This document shows positions 29,171 through 38,641 of a stretch of 64,000 nt of DNA, in pieces. Position numbers and translations under genes: made by a program. Within the stretch, counting starts at the first letter, position 1; every line of letters begins with the position of its first letter. The stretch is taken from the IMG/VR virus record IMGVR_UViG_3300028829_005568; one strand, written 5' to 3'. A model generated the notes under the pieces. The model worked only from the letters and a program-made list of their open reading frames with translations, did not search any database and had not been told where the DNA came from. This DNA comes from a virus.

Positions 29171-30229
29171 TTATTTATCTAGTCTCACACCTACCATAAT
29201 GGGAAAGCGTGGTAAGCCATCATCAGTATACTCAAAAAAACGTATTTCAGCTGTTTGGCCAATATATTTATCTTTATTTGCTAATAAATCTATACGTTCT
29301 TCATGTGACATTTTAGTTCCTGCTTTAAATCCTTCAAACACAGGTACACCGTGTCCTGCTATTTGCTCAGCTGGAACTACATCTATAATAGTAGCAGTTA
29401 TATCCTGAAAATCTTTATACTTTAATAAACTATCTGACCTACCATTAACTTTGTACCCTAAGTTTCCATGACGTATCATAGATCCTTCATATCCTTTACT
29501 TAAAAAATCAGTATGATATTTATTTATATAACTTTCTTTAATAGGATAAGTGGCTACTCCTTTTAAATGAGGGAGTGATAAAGATATTATTTCTCTAACG
29601 TTACAAGACCTATCAATAAAAGGTTTATCTTCTACCATATCATATATATGGAATTTTACTTCTTCAGACTCCCCTTTACGGTATTTTTTAATAAGTTTCA
29701 TATTTTCTTGAAAAGTTTTACCATGAGCATATAATTCCCCATCTAAAACACATTTTTCTAAATTTGTAAGATTAGAAGCTATATGGGCCATTGTAGTAAT
29801 CTCTTTATTCTTTCTAGATAACAATGTTACCTTGCCTTCTTTAATGATAGCCAAGCAACGCATACCATCTAATTTTGGTTGTATAAATGCATTTTCCCAA
29901 TCTATTTTTGATGAATGGTCTTCATATGATTTAGCAAGCATGGGCATCAGTACTTCTTCTTCTTCAGCTTCCTTTACAGAAGAAAAATATCCTTCTGAAA
30001 GTTTAATATTAAGCTTAGCTTTTAGTTCTGATATAGCCTGTTCACTTGCTGTTGTTTCATTTTTCTTCCCAATATTCTTAGGTTTACATTCTTTTTCATG
30101 TCTTACTGTTTTACCATCTATCAGACCAGAGACCTGAACAAAAAAAGAGCCTTCTGTTGAAAGCTCTAGTTTACGTATTTTATTTTTACTATCTTTTTTA
30201 TATATTGTTCTTTTAATTTTTTTTTTCAT
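29171..30229 (-). CDS. lig: ATP-dependent DNA ligase
   Basis: Motif I QPKLDGMRC, LDGELY, FHIYDMV, GYEGSMIR, LLKYKDF, C-terminal OB with PRFP. Confidence 0.92.
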   Translation of the reverse strand: MKKKIKRTIYKKDSKNKIRKLELSTEGSFFVQVSGLIDGKTVRHEKECKPKNIGKKNETTASEQAISELKAKLNIKLSEGYFSSVKEAEEEEVLMPMLAKSYEDHSSKIDWENAFIQPKLDGMRCLAIIKEGKVTLLSRKNKEITTMAHIASNLTNLEKCVLDGELYAHGKTFQENMKLIKKYRKGESEEVKFHIYDMVEDKPFIDRSCNVREIISLSLPHLKGVATYPIKESYINKYHTDFLSKGYEGSMIRHGNLGYKVNGRSDSLLKYKDFQDITATIIDVVPAEQIAGHGVPVFEGFKAGTKMSHEERIDLLANKDKYIGQTAEIRFFEYTDDGLPRFPIMVGVRLDK

Positions 30230-30525
30230 AATTTGTTTATTTTATAAAATGTATACTTACAAGTTAACTCTTTTCCTTTTTTAATATCTACTTCAGCTAT
30301 TAAGTAATATTTACTAAATTTTCTAATTTTATAACAATTAGGTATATCACTATGATTATAAAATCCTCCTAATGGAGTACGAGAAATAGAACCATCAGAT
30401 GTCATTATATGAGAAATTCCTAAATTAGTACCTTGTTTAATATCCTCAGTTGCAAATAGTCCTAAACCTTCTATTTTAGATTTTTTAATAGTAATATTAT
30501 TTGGTAAAGGTTTATAATTAATCAT
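30226..30525 (-). CDS. SET-domain protein (putative lysine methyltransferase)
   Basis: SKIEGLGLFATEDI, GGFYNHSDIPNC, IKKGKELTCKY are the three canonical SET motifs. Confidence 0.85.
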   Translation of the reverse strand: MINYKPLPNNITIKKSKIEGLGLFATEDIKQGTNLGISHIMTSDGSISRTPLGGFYNHSDIPNCYKIRKFSKYYLIAEVDIKKGKELTCKYTFYKINKL

Positions 30526-30953
30526 TTTTTAAGGTTTAAATTAAATTGTTCTGTTGCTTCTTCCCAAGTATCAAAGTATTCTTTTGTTGGGTCATCGTCA
30601 TACATCTCTTCTGACATATCATCCCAGCAAGACCTAACCACTCTATTATCTTCTATAGTATAGTATGTATCTCCTTCTTTATAAGGATAGTTATTTGTTT
30701 TCATACTCCAAAGGAATAATCTGTAAACATTATATAATATTATACTATTTAGGTATATTAAAACCCATAAAGTAACTGCTATAAGATACCATAAGTTAAA
30801 GCTAAATGTAGCTCTAAGCCTTTGGTCTATTCTTTCAAACCACTTTCTTTGACCAGATTTTTCTGATTCCCTAAATGTCATACTATCTGCAATAAATGTA
30901 CTTAACCCTATAATTAAATTTAGGGCTGCTATTATTATTATTATTGTTACCAT
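30522..30953 (-). CDS. Hypothetical membrane protein
   Basis: Two hydrophobic segments; overlaps the next gene by 4 bp. Confidence 0.5.
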   Translation of the reverse strand: MVTIIIIIAALNLIIGLSTFIADSMTFRESEKSGQRKWFERIDQRLRATFSFNLWYLIAVTLWVLIYLNSIILYNVYRLFLWSMKTNNYPYKEGDTYYTIEDNRVVRSCWDDMSEEMYDDDPTKEYFDTWEEATEQFNLNLKK

Positions 30954-30958
30954 AATTT

Positions 30959-31189
30959 CTATCTTTTTCCTCTTGAATTTCTTGGACTGGTTGTAGGTTG
31001 TCCATAATTAAATTGTTTTCTTTTTTTATTTTTCTTTGTAGACCGTGTCCAAAGGAATGATACCTTCTTCTTACTTCTCCACTTTCTACTCTTCTCTGCA
31101 TTTTTGAATGTGTCCATCTGCCAACGGTACATCTGTCCATAGCTTTGCATAGACAGAAATACCAATAGCAGTATAAGGCATCTATTCAT
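30959..31189 (-). CDS. Small basic protein with Sec-type signal peptide
   Basis: MNRCLILLLVFLSMQSYG|Q, with Gln after the predicted cleavage site as in many Bacteroidota exported proteins. Confidence 0.5.
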   Translation of the reverse strand: MNRCLILLLVFLSMQSYGQMYRWQMDTFKNAEKSRKWRSKKKVSFLWTRSTKKNKKRKQFNYGQPTTSPRNSRGKR

Positions 31190-31204
31190 CTTTGTTTTGG
31201 TTTA
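31186..31204 (-). repeat. 19-bp direct repeat flanking the SPL-like gene, copy 1 (TAAACCAAAACAAAGATGA on - strand)
   Basis: Identical to 32062-32080; spans a stop codon, intergenic spacer and start codon. Confidence 0.9.
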
Positions 31205-32065
31205 AAATATATATCTAATAGTATTCCAAGGTATTACTTTATTATGTATAGACTTAAATTTATTTATAGAATTAGACTTAAAACCTATCTTGTATCTAAG
31301 ATTTTTACCTCCGTAACTAGATGTTTTTGTCTCTTGTATGTCTGGTCTCCATAATAGTTCTTCTCCTTGTATATTATTATCAATATTGTATTGATGTTTA
31401 TCTTTATTGTGTGTTAAGAATATAACTTCTGCTAACACTTCATCTTTATATTCCACATAATCCTGCATCATATTAAATAAATACTCATAATCTTTTTCCC
31501 ATCCGTCATATATTATAACAGGAGAGTAGTTAACATGGACATCATATCCAGCTTCTACAAAAGCATTAATGGCTTTTATTTTGTCTATAGTTGCAGGTGT
31601 ATTAGGTTCTACTACTTGTTTAACCTTCTCAGGCATTAAGCTAAATCTTATACGTACTTTTTTTTCTGGATTGTAGTCTAGAAACTTAATAGGTATAATC
31701 TTAGTAGCTAAAGTAGCTTTAGCAATGGGATGGTCTTTGAAAAAATCAAATATTTTTTCCCATTTATGGTATTTGCTATGAAGAGCAAAGTCTTCATTAC
31801 AGGCTAAGTCATAAGTAATATACTTAGCATCTGTCTGATTAGGTTTTTTTATATCTGCATAAAAATAAGCATGTTCATTTACTGCAGTTAATATGTCATT
31901 GTAATTCTTAGCTATTGTAAGACCGTTAGGTAAATGTCTTTTCATATAGCAATAAGAACAATTTAATAAACATCCATAACCAAAAGAGGGAGTAATGTAA
32001 TCCGAAGACCTACCACTATCTCTAATAATCATAGATTTTCTTGTTACATTTTTTATCTCACTCAT
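31202..32065 (-). CDS. Spore photoproduct lyase family radical SAM protein
   Basis: ITPSFGYGCLLNCSYCYMKRH (CxxxCxxC), NEDF, RIRFSLMP, GYDVHVNYSPVI, EVIFLTH. Confidence 0.8.
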   Translation of the reverse strand: MSEIKNVTRKSMIIRDSGRSSDYITPSFGYGCLLNCSYCYMKRHLPNGLTIAKNYNDILTAVNEHAYFYADIKKPNQTDAKYITYDLACNEDFALHSKYHKWEKIFDFFKDHPIAKATLATKIIPIKFLDYNPEKKVRIRFSLMPEKVKQVVEPNTPATIDKIKAINAFVEAGYDVHVNYSPVIIYDGWEKDYEYLFNMMQDYVEYKDEVLAEVIFLTHNKDKHQYNIDNNIQGEELLWRPDIQETKTSSYGGKNLRYKIGFKSNSINKFKSIHNKVIPWNTIRYIF

Positions 32066-32080
32066 CTTTGTTTTGGTTTA
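32062..32080 (-). repeat. 19-bp direct repeat flanking the SPL-like gene, copy 2
   Basis: Identical to 31186-31204. Confidence 0.9.
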
Positions 32081-32338
32081 CTTTGTTTTAGTTTCACATA
32101 GACTACAAAACCTACCTCTTACAGTTATAGTTTCATATTCTTTAGGGTGTGGACACATAGGTACAAAGTATCTAACTCCATCTTGAATAAATGATTTACC
32201 TAACCTTGGTCTGAGAGTGTATTTCTTTCACAACCTCTTTGACTTTATCTTTAGCAAACTCAGTCATCATTTTTTGGACAGACCATTGGTGTCTGCTTTT
32301 ATTTAAAGTTATCCATTTGTCTGCTTCTTCTTCAAGTG

Positions 32339-32752
32339 TCATATCCCTAATTGTTTAAGTAGAACCTTTAGTTCTGATTTGTTTTTAATCTTTCCTTTAA
32401 ATATTAAATTTTGACTTATCCAAGTATGGGGATGCTTATAAGTTTTCTTATGGATTGCAGTTCTGCCTCCTTCATAAAAATAACCGCAATAGTTTCCTTT
32501 ACTAAAAGTACCTATTATTCCACCAGGTAGTATCTGCTCCATAGAATACTCCCACCCCAAACTCTCTATATCTTCTCTGTCTAGGTATTTAACTCTAAAA
32601 TGTCCTTCAGTTAAAAACCAACTAAAATTAGGGTTAGGTCCTTTTAGTTTAAAATCTTCCTTGTGCCATTTAGTATCTAAAGGTCCTTTATATTCATGAG
32701 AAAATCCCTCATGAAACTCCTCTATCTCTGGTGTGTAATATTTCTTCTCCAT
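32339..32752 (-). CDS. Hypothetical phage protein
   Basis: 137 aa; N-terminal KYYTPEIEEFHEGF and C-terminal FKGKIKNKSELKVLLKQLGI look like a recurrent Bacteroidota-phage family. Confidence 0.6.
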   Translation of the reverse strand: MEKKYYTPEIEEFHEGFSHEYKGPLDTKWHKEDFKLKGPNPNFSWFLTEGHFRVKYLDREDIESLGWEYSMEQILPGGIIGTFSKGNYCGYFYEGGRTAIHKKTYKHPHTWISQNLIFKGKIKNKSELKVLLKQLGI

Positions 32753-32756
32753 TTCT

Positions 32757-33770
32757 TCATTTTATTTGTTTTATTATTATTCCTTTATAATTATGGTCAA
32801 CAATCTGACCTAATACATTATAATATATAACCTCTTTTACTTCTTCTACCTCTATTTCCTTACTACAAACTACAGCTCTAAACACTTCACTGTTGCCATC
32901 AAAGTCAATCTGCCTTAGACGATAATAATTAATTTTACTATCAGGAAAGTAATGCATAAACGAATACTCTAAAGTGTTGTTAGAGTTACCTGCTGCTTGT
33001 ATTGTTTGTAAACTATACCAATTAAAGCCGTCTATTGAATGTTCTATAGTGAAATAATCATTATTAATCTCTGTAGCCGTTAGCCAGCTTAATAATATAT
33101 TATTATCTACTACATCACAATTAAAACTAACAAGTTCTATTGGCAATGTCCCTATAGTACCTTTAATAGTAAATTGAGGTATATCATAATAATAAACTAG
33201 AACTTGTCTAGGATTTCCTCCAACATAAGAATTAGATATATCTACAGGTGTCTGATATGGTCCCCCTTGATTATACCTCCACGAAATTAAATTAGAACGA
33301 TACCATATAATAAAAGGAGGGTCTGTTACAAGTCTAAGCCTAAATTGTGTAGACGTATTTGGTATAATTGTCCTAACAATATTAGTTGTTTGTAAACCTG
33401 TTAAAACTGTATCACTTACCCAAGCTCCACCATCAAAATAGTCAAAATACATATAATCCCAACCATTTTCAATAATGCCACTTATAGGAAAACTAATAGT
33501 AGCATTCCCACTTATAGTAGTTAAGTCATATACCGGGCTTGTTGCTGTAATAGTAGATGAATTTAAGTAGGGGGTTGACCCAAGATTAAATGATAAGTAG
33601 TTTTCTGCTCCACCATAGTTTTGCACACCACCACCATTATTAATAGTCCACTCCCCTACTCCTCCAAAAGAATCAAAATCTTCTACTAACGAAAATTGAG
33701 CGTTAATCGTAACATTTACCAGTATACTTAGTAAAAATGTAATATAATTGTAACATTTATTCTTCTTCAT
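32757..33770 (-). CDS. Secreted protein resembling Bacteroidota T9SS cargo (signal peptide, beta-sandwich, LPIEL Ig-like domain, short CTD-like tail)
   Basis: Signal peptide ending INA|QF; TLPIELVSFNC...LSWLTATEINNDYFTIEHSIDG...YYRLRQIDFDG; tail YYNVLGQIV. Confidence 0.7.
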   Translation of the reverse strand: MKKNKCYNYITFLLSILVNVTINAQFSLVEDFDSFGGVGEWTINNGGGVQNYGGAENYLSFNLGSTPYLNSSTITATSPVYDLTTISGNATISFPISGIIENGWDYMYFDYFDGGAWVSDTVLTGLQTTNIVRTIIPNTSTQFRLRLVTDPPFIIWYRSNLISWRYNQGGPYQTPVDISNSYVGGNPRQVLVYYYDIPQFTIKGTIGTLPIELVSFNCDVVDNNILLSWLTATEINNDYFTIEHSIDGFNWYSLQTIQAAGNSNNTLEYSFMHYFPDSKINYYRLRQIDFDGNSEVFRAVVCSKEIEVEEVKEVIYYNVLGQIVDHNYKGIIIKQIK

Positions 33771-33869
33771 AAGGTGAAATTATATATATTTCTACGTTAC
33801 CTAAGTGGTTACCGTTACTATCAATAATATTAATATAATTAGAATTTAACTTATCTTTTTGTTCTTTAG

Positions 33870-34217
33870 TTAACAGAAGGTCTTCCACCCCAAAGGTGTA
33901 TAATTGTTCTTCTTTTTCAGCTGTTCCCATTTTTCTTTTAGTTCTTTAGGAGGGATAATATGCTTGTATTCTTTATTATAAATATCAGGATTCTCTATTA
34001 AGAGCTCTTCAAAAGTTACATCTTTACATTCACATATTAATGGCATTTCCCGGTTATACAATTCTTCTTTTTCTTTTTCTGTAAAATCTGTAAAATTAAT
34101 TTTTTCTATTATTTTACATTTATCACCTTTTTCACAATCAATTGAAGGAGGTGACTTGTCTCCATAACTGTAATATATTGTTTCACATATACTACATATA
34201 TATTTGTTATTTTTCAT
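33870..34217 (-). CDS. Hypothetical Cys-rich protein
   Basis: CSIC, CEKGDKC and CEC motifs. Confidence 0.45.
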   Translation of the reverse strand: MKNNKYICSICETIYYSYGDKSPPSIDCEKGDKCKIIEKINFTDFTEKEKEELYNREMPLICECKDVTFEELLIENPDIYNKEYKHIIPPKELKEKWEQLKKKNNYTPLGWKTFC

Positions 34218-34318
34218 TTTTACAATATTTATTATGTTGTTTTTTATTTAATTTTGGCATTTTTTTACCACAATTTTTACAAGTATATATTTTTATTATT
34301 TGACCATTTTTAAACATT

Positions 34319-34864
34319 TTACTCATTTATTACATTTTTACTTTTCTTTTTAAATATCTCACTTTCTTCATCTATTAATATCCCAATTTCTTGTTCTCTT
34401 GGAATATATGTCCAATGGTCCTCTTCAAGCCCCTTATTAATACGTTTTTCTACTATTTCATATGCAAATTCTTTTCTATATAATGCTCCATATACAAAAC
34501 TAAAATCAGTAAATTCATGGTACTCTATAATATCTTCTTTTAAATATTCAGATATTTGAGAATATTTTCCTTCTAATATTAAATCATAATCATTATGATA
34601 TATTTCTGGAATGTCAAAAATTACAATAGTAGTATTTTTATTTACATCATATTTATCTACATAATATATAGACCACTCTAATTGAGATTCAAATCTTGTA
34701 TAGGAATCACTTCCATCAAAATCTAATTTTAAATATAATCTCCTATTATTAGTAGGATTATTTATATCTTTAAGGTATGTATCAGAAATAAAGCCCTCCA
34801 TATCAAGGACCTCATTTCCTAACATAGGCAATATATAGGTGAAGCTTCTATTTCGCTTACTCAT
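34319..34864 (-). CDS. Hypothetical protein of the replication module
   Basis: 181 aa ORF, co-oriented and tightly packed next to the exonuclease. Confidence 0.6.
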   Translation of the reverse strand: MSKRNRSFTYILPMLGNEVLDMEGFISDTYLKDINNPTNNRRLYLKLDFDGSDSYTRFESQLEWSIYYVDKYDVNKNTTIVIFDIPEIYHNDYDLILEGKYSQISEYLKEDIIEYHEFTDFSFVYGALYRKEFAYEIVEKRINKGLEEDHWTYIPREQEIGILIDEESEIFKKKSKNVINE

Positions 34865-34883
34865 AATATTACAAATATATAAA

Positions 34884-35879
34884 TTAAGTAACTATTTCTA
34901 TTTCTTTACTTTTTAGTGAATTAATGCTAATAATACCATCATTTGCATATATTTCAGATTTATACTCCCATTGATTATTATTTCTATGGTATTCTAAATC
35001 TTCAATTAATTCTTTAAAGCCTTTAATAGAATAATCTCTTCCATTTATTTTACCACCTTTTTCGCCAACTAATATATCTTGTTCATCTACTTCAAATATA
35101 TGAGGAGGATTTTTATAGTTAGTTTCTATAACTATAAATTGAAAAGGTAATACAGTATAATTTTCATATGCAATAAATCTATCATCATATTTAAGAGCAA
35201 ACTTTAATGCTGCCGTATAAAAAGAAGCCTGTAAATAATATTTATAGTCAATATAAGATCTCATAAAAGTAAATACACTTTTTCCTGTAGTCTTTAAATC
35301 TACAGGACGTATAGTTTTAAGTTCATTATCTATATCTACTATATCTAATAAACTTTTACAACTTTTTCCCATATATTCCCACTCTAATGCTACTTGAAAT
35401 AAATTTGTCTGCTTATTAAAATATTTACCAGTAAATTTATTTTGTTCTAATATAGTAGTTAACATATTAGCTTGAGTATGTTGTTCAAAAGATATAACTT
35501 CTTTACCTTTTCCTGCTATTAAATCATTATAATAGCCTTTACCTTCTTTATCATATTTAGATAATCCATCTTTAGATGATTTAGGGGGAACTGCAGGATC
35601 TGATTTAAGTCCTGAAGCTGTCCAAGCTGCTTGTGGGTCATTAGTTTCAACTAAAGCTTTACAGTATTCTACCATTGCATCTGAAGGCATTGCTACTGTA
35701 GATACATAGTATTTATTATAGTACTCATCTGGAGTAGTACATAAACAATCTACTAAACTTCCCATTGTAAAAAAGGAAGTCTGTTCTGATGGTGCATTTA
35801 ATCCTACAGGAGAATTATTAAGCCTAGATAATGTACTGTAATTAATTGCATCTAATTTTCTATATTCTTTTTCTGTCAT
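34884..35879 (-). CDS. PD-(D/E)xK exonuclease (RecE/DUF3799-like)
   Basis: CKSLLDIVDID...RPVDLKTTG, YYLQASFY. Confidence 0.75.
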   Translation of the reverse strand: MTEKEYRKLDAINYSTLSRLNNSPVGLNAPSEQTSFFTMGSLVDCLCTTPDEYYNKYYVSTVAMPSDAMVEYCKALVETNDPQAAWTASGLKSDPAVPPKSSKDGLSKYDKEGKGYYNDLIAGKGKEVISFEQHTQANMLTTILEQNKFTGKYFNKQTNLFQVALEWEYMGKSCKSLLDIVDIDNELKTIRPVDLKTTGKSVFTFMRSYIDYKYYLQASFYTAALKFALKYDDRFIAYENYTVLPFQFIVIETNYKNPPHIFEVDEQDILVGEKGGKINGRDYSIKGFKELIEDLEYHRNNNQWEYKSEIYANDGIISINSLKSKEIEIVT

Positions 35880-36226
35880 TTTAATAATTTTAATAATTTA
35901 TAAAAAGTATCCTTATCCATAGATACATAATCTCCCTCTGTAACAAACTTTGTGTTTGCTTTACGTGTTTTGCGCTGAAAAACCATTGTAGGCTTGTCTT
36001 TAGGGAGTTTTTCCGAAGTTATAAGTTCATGTAATTTCTGATAAGTTTTAGAGTTCTTACACTGGATATAATAAGGAAACTCAGGACCAAATATATCCAC
36101 TCCCCTATCATCCATGTTTTTACTTTCAGACCTAGAAGTAACTACATCAAATCCTAATTCTTTTAATTCCCTAACTATAAGACGTTCATAGTTATTTCCT
36201 GCTGTTCTGTTCCTATTGGAAGCCAT
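35876..36226 (-). CDS. Holliday junction resolvase-like PD-(D/E)xK nuclease
   Basis: GNNYERLIVRELKELG...DDRGVDI...YIQCK. Confidence 0.75.
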   Translation of the reverse strand: MASNRNRTAGNNYERLIVRELKELGFDVVTSRSESKNMDDRGVDIFGPEFPYYIQCKNSKTYQKLHELITSEKLPKDKPTMVFQRKTRKANTKFVTEGDYVSMDKDTFYKLLKLLK

Positions 36227-37184
36227 AATGTTGTAATAATTGTTTTAGCTGTTTTGGACTGTATTTTTTAATAAAATCTGATGGATCTTTAGGCTCTCCT
36301 TCAGGATGCACAATATAATCAAAACCATATTTTTTAGAATGATTTATAGATGACTGGATTCCAGGACCATCATTATTATAATATATTACTATTTCTTCAA
36401 AATTATCTTTTAATTTATTAATTAATTTTTTAGAAATAAGAGCCATTTCACTTTGCGGAGCTATAGACTTATATCCAATACTTTTTAAAGACATTACATC
36501 TTTATAAGAGCTAGTTATAAATAATAACCCACCTGGTTTTAGCTGCAATAATCCCTGTACAACTTCTCCAGTATTACTAGTCCATTTAAATTCTTTAGGG
36601 GCATTAGGCCTCATTATTTTGTATTTATGGTTACCAAAACAATAAGCAAATCCCATTTCCCTTTTTAAATTAATATATAGACTATTTAAATAAAACCCTT
36701 TAAGTGGTTTTACTAAGTATTTATTTAATAAATTTTTATTAATATTATATTTAGACCAATAATCTAAATCTTCACACTTCCAAGATCTAGATACTATTTG
36801 AACATTAGCATCTTTTTTTGGTTCATACTTTTTACCTATTAATAATTCTTTAGGAATTTTATTGATTTTTTCACCAACTGTAAGTCCTAAATTAAAATCT
36901 ATAGATATAACTTTAAGAGCTTCTGGGTAATTAAGATTATACTTTTGCATTATATAATTAAAACATCCCATAGATACCCCTGTACCAAAATCTTTATAAC
37001 GCCATCCTTTACTAAGAAGAGATACTTTACATGTTGGATTATTATCTTTTCTTAATTCAGAACAGAATGATTTATTAGGTGATTTAAGTGAAGATATATA
37101 ATATTTAAATATATCATACTCAGTAATATACTGTAATATTAAATCAGCACTTAATTCTCTAGTATTCTTAGTTCCATATTTCAT
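36213..37184 (-). CDS. DNA primase (Toprim)
   Basis: CSELRKDNNPTC, YKDFGTG, ITSSYKDVM, APQSE, YYNNDGPG, PKDPSD. Start set at ATG 37184 because the upstream extension overlaps a terminator. Confidence 0.8.
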   Translation of the reverse strand: MKYGTKNTRELSADLILQYITEYDIFKYYISSLKSPNKSFCSELRKDNNPTCKVSLLSKGWRYKDFGTGVSMGCFNYIMQKYNLNYPEALKVISIDFNLGLTVGEKINKIPKELLIGKKYEPKKDANVQIVSRSWKCEDLDYWSKYNINKNLLNKYLVKPLKGFYLNSLYINLKREMGFAYCFGNHKYKIMRPNAPKEFKWTSNTGEVVQGLLQLKPGGLLFITSSYKDVMSLKSIGYKSIAPQSEMALISKKLINKLKDNFEEIVIYYNNDGPGIQSSINHSKKYGFDYIVHPEGEPKDPSDFIKKYSPKQLKQLLQHYGFQ

Positions 37185-37187
37185 AAT

Positions 37188-37218
37188 AAAAAAGGGGAGA
37201 ACCCTCACAATTCTCCCC
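37188..37218 (-). terminator. Intrinsic terminator downstream of SSB
   Basis: ggggagaa/ttctcccc 8-bp stem followed by a U-run on the - strand. Confidence 0.75.
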
Positions 37219-37238
37219 TAATTAATTAATAAATAATG

Positions 37239-37883
37239 CTACCAAGGCTCATCATTAGATGCAGCTTCACTTTTTTCTGCAAATGAAATATCAGCTTCTA
37301 CTAATATATCTTCATCTGTAACTTCAAGTCTCTGCATATCATATTTATTGTTTTCATCAAACGTAAGTTTACTGTCAGATTCTGAAGTTTTAACATCTTC
37401 TACAAATCTATATCTAGCTAATTTAGTTTTAAACCAATTATTTAATGGTTTACCTTCATCATCAGTTCCATTATTTTTAATTTCCTCACCAGCAAATTTC
37501 CATCTGCCAACTTTACCAACAAGTACAGGTTTTAATTTTTTAATAAAATTCTTACCATCTTTTGCAGTAACTGCATCTAATTCATCTCTAAATCCCAATT
37601 TATCTGCCATATAAGCTAAAGTTTGATTAGTTATTTCATTACTTTTATCTGTTAGCCATAAATCAGTTGTCGCTATTGATCCCTTATACTTATCATTTTT
37701 AGGATGTTTAAAGTCTCCACCATGTGGTTTACCTTCAAAGGTAATTAAACCTTTAGCAGTACCTGTTCCAGTTTCTACATATTCTACATCTATAATTCTG
37801 GCTACATGTATACCAGGTCTAAAATAAGGTCTAGGTGAGTTACCGTTACCTTCTTCTACTTTTGTTCCTTTTGTTCCGAACAT
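37239..37883 (-). CDS. Putative single-stranded DNA-binding protein
   Basis: OB-like beta pattern, acidic C-terminus ending NDEPW, adjacent to Sak4-like ATPase and primase. Confidence 0.6.
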   Translation of the reverse strand: MFGTKGTKVEEGNGNSPRPYFRPGIHVARIIDVEYVETGTGTAKGLITFEGKPHGGDFKHPKNDKYKGSIATTDLWLTDKSNEITNQTLAYMADKLGFRDELDAVTAKDGKNFIKKLKPVLVGKVGRWKFAGEEIKNNGTDDEGKPLNNWFKTKLARYRFVEDVKTSESDSKLTFDENNKYDMQRLEVTDEDILVEADISFAEKSEAASNDEPW

Positions 37884-37922
37884 AATTTTAAAATTTAATT
37901 TAGTTATTAATTAATTAATTGA

Positions 37923-38612
37923 TTATCCATTATAATATTCATCCACAGTAGTTCCCACTACTCCTAAATCATTAGAAATATATGTTTTTTCAAACATTTC
38001 CATAGGTGATTTAGCTGGATAGTTACCATCGTTATTAGTAACAAGTCTATACTCCACTTCTCCATTGTCTTTAGAATGTACATCAGTAAATAGTAAGATG
38101 GTAAATAATCCAGCAGGATTAATTTTATCATCTAATAATTTTCCAATAGTTTTAATTTTAATAATTGGTCTAGCTCCAAATTCTCCAGGAATAGTCTCAC
38201 TGTGTGTTATAATAAACACTTTAAGATCATCTCTTAAGGATTTCCCTGCATTTAATGTAGACCAAGCATTTTTACCTATATCAGTAAATTTATCAAAACC
38301 TTTTTCATTACTTCTACGCATAAATTCATTAGACATAGTATATTGCCAATCATCAATTACGAGATTTGTAATCTCAGGACGATTGTCAGATATATGTTTC
38401 ATAAATTTAATAATACTAGCAGTATTATCTGTAGAATAATAATTACCATCCATATTTTCTTTAGAGAAAGTAGTATAATTTTTCTTCCATCCCCTAAAAG
38501 GCAACGGTTTACCTATGCAATTTACTATTGCTGTTTTTTTAGAATCTAAAGTTCTACAAGCTGTAGACTTTCCTGTTCCTGATTCTCCTATTACTCCAAT
38601 AAGTTCACTCAT
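37923..38612 (-). CDS. AAA_24 / Sak4-like ATPase (recombination protein)
   Basis: GESGTGKST Walker A, LVIDDWQY, IITHSE, KIKTIGKLLD. Confidence 0.8.
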   Translation of the reverse strand: MSELIGVIGESGTGKSTACRTLDSKKTAIVNCIGKPLPFRGWKKNYTTFSKENMDGNYYSTDNTASIIKFMKHISDNRPEITNLVIDDWQYTMSNEFMRRSNEKGFDKFTDIGKNAWSTLNAGKSLRDDLKVFIITHSETIPGEFGARPIIKIKTIGKLLDDKINPAGLFTILLFTDVHSKDNGEVEYRLVTNNDGNYPAKSPMEMFEKTYISNDLGVVGTTVDEYYNG

Positions 38613-38641
38613 TTGTTTTGTTTGTTTTAGTTATTAATTAT

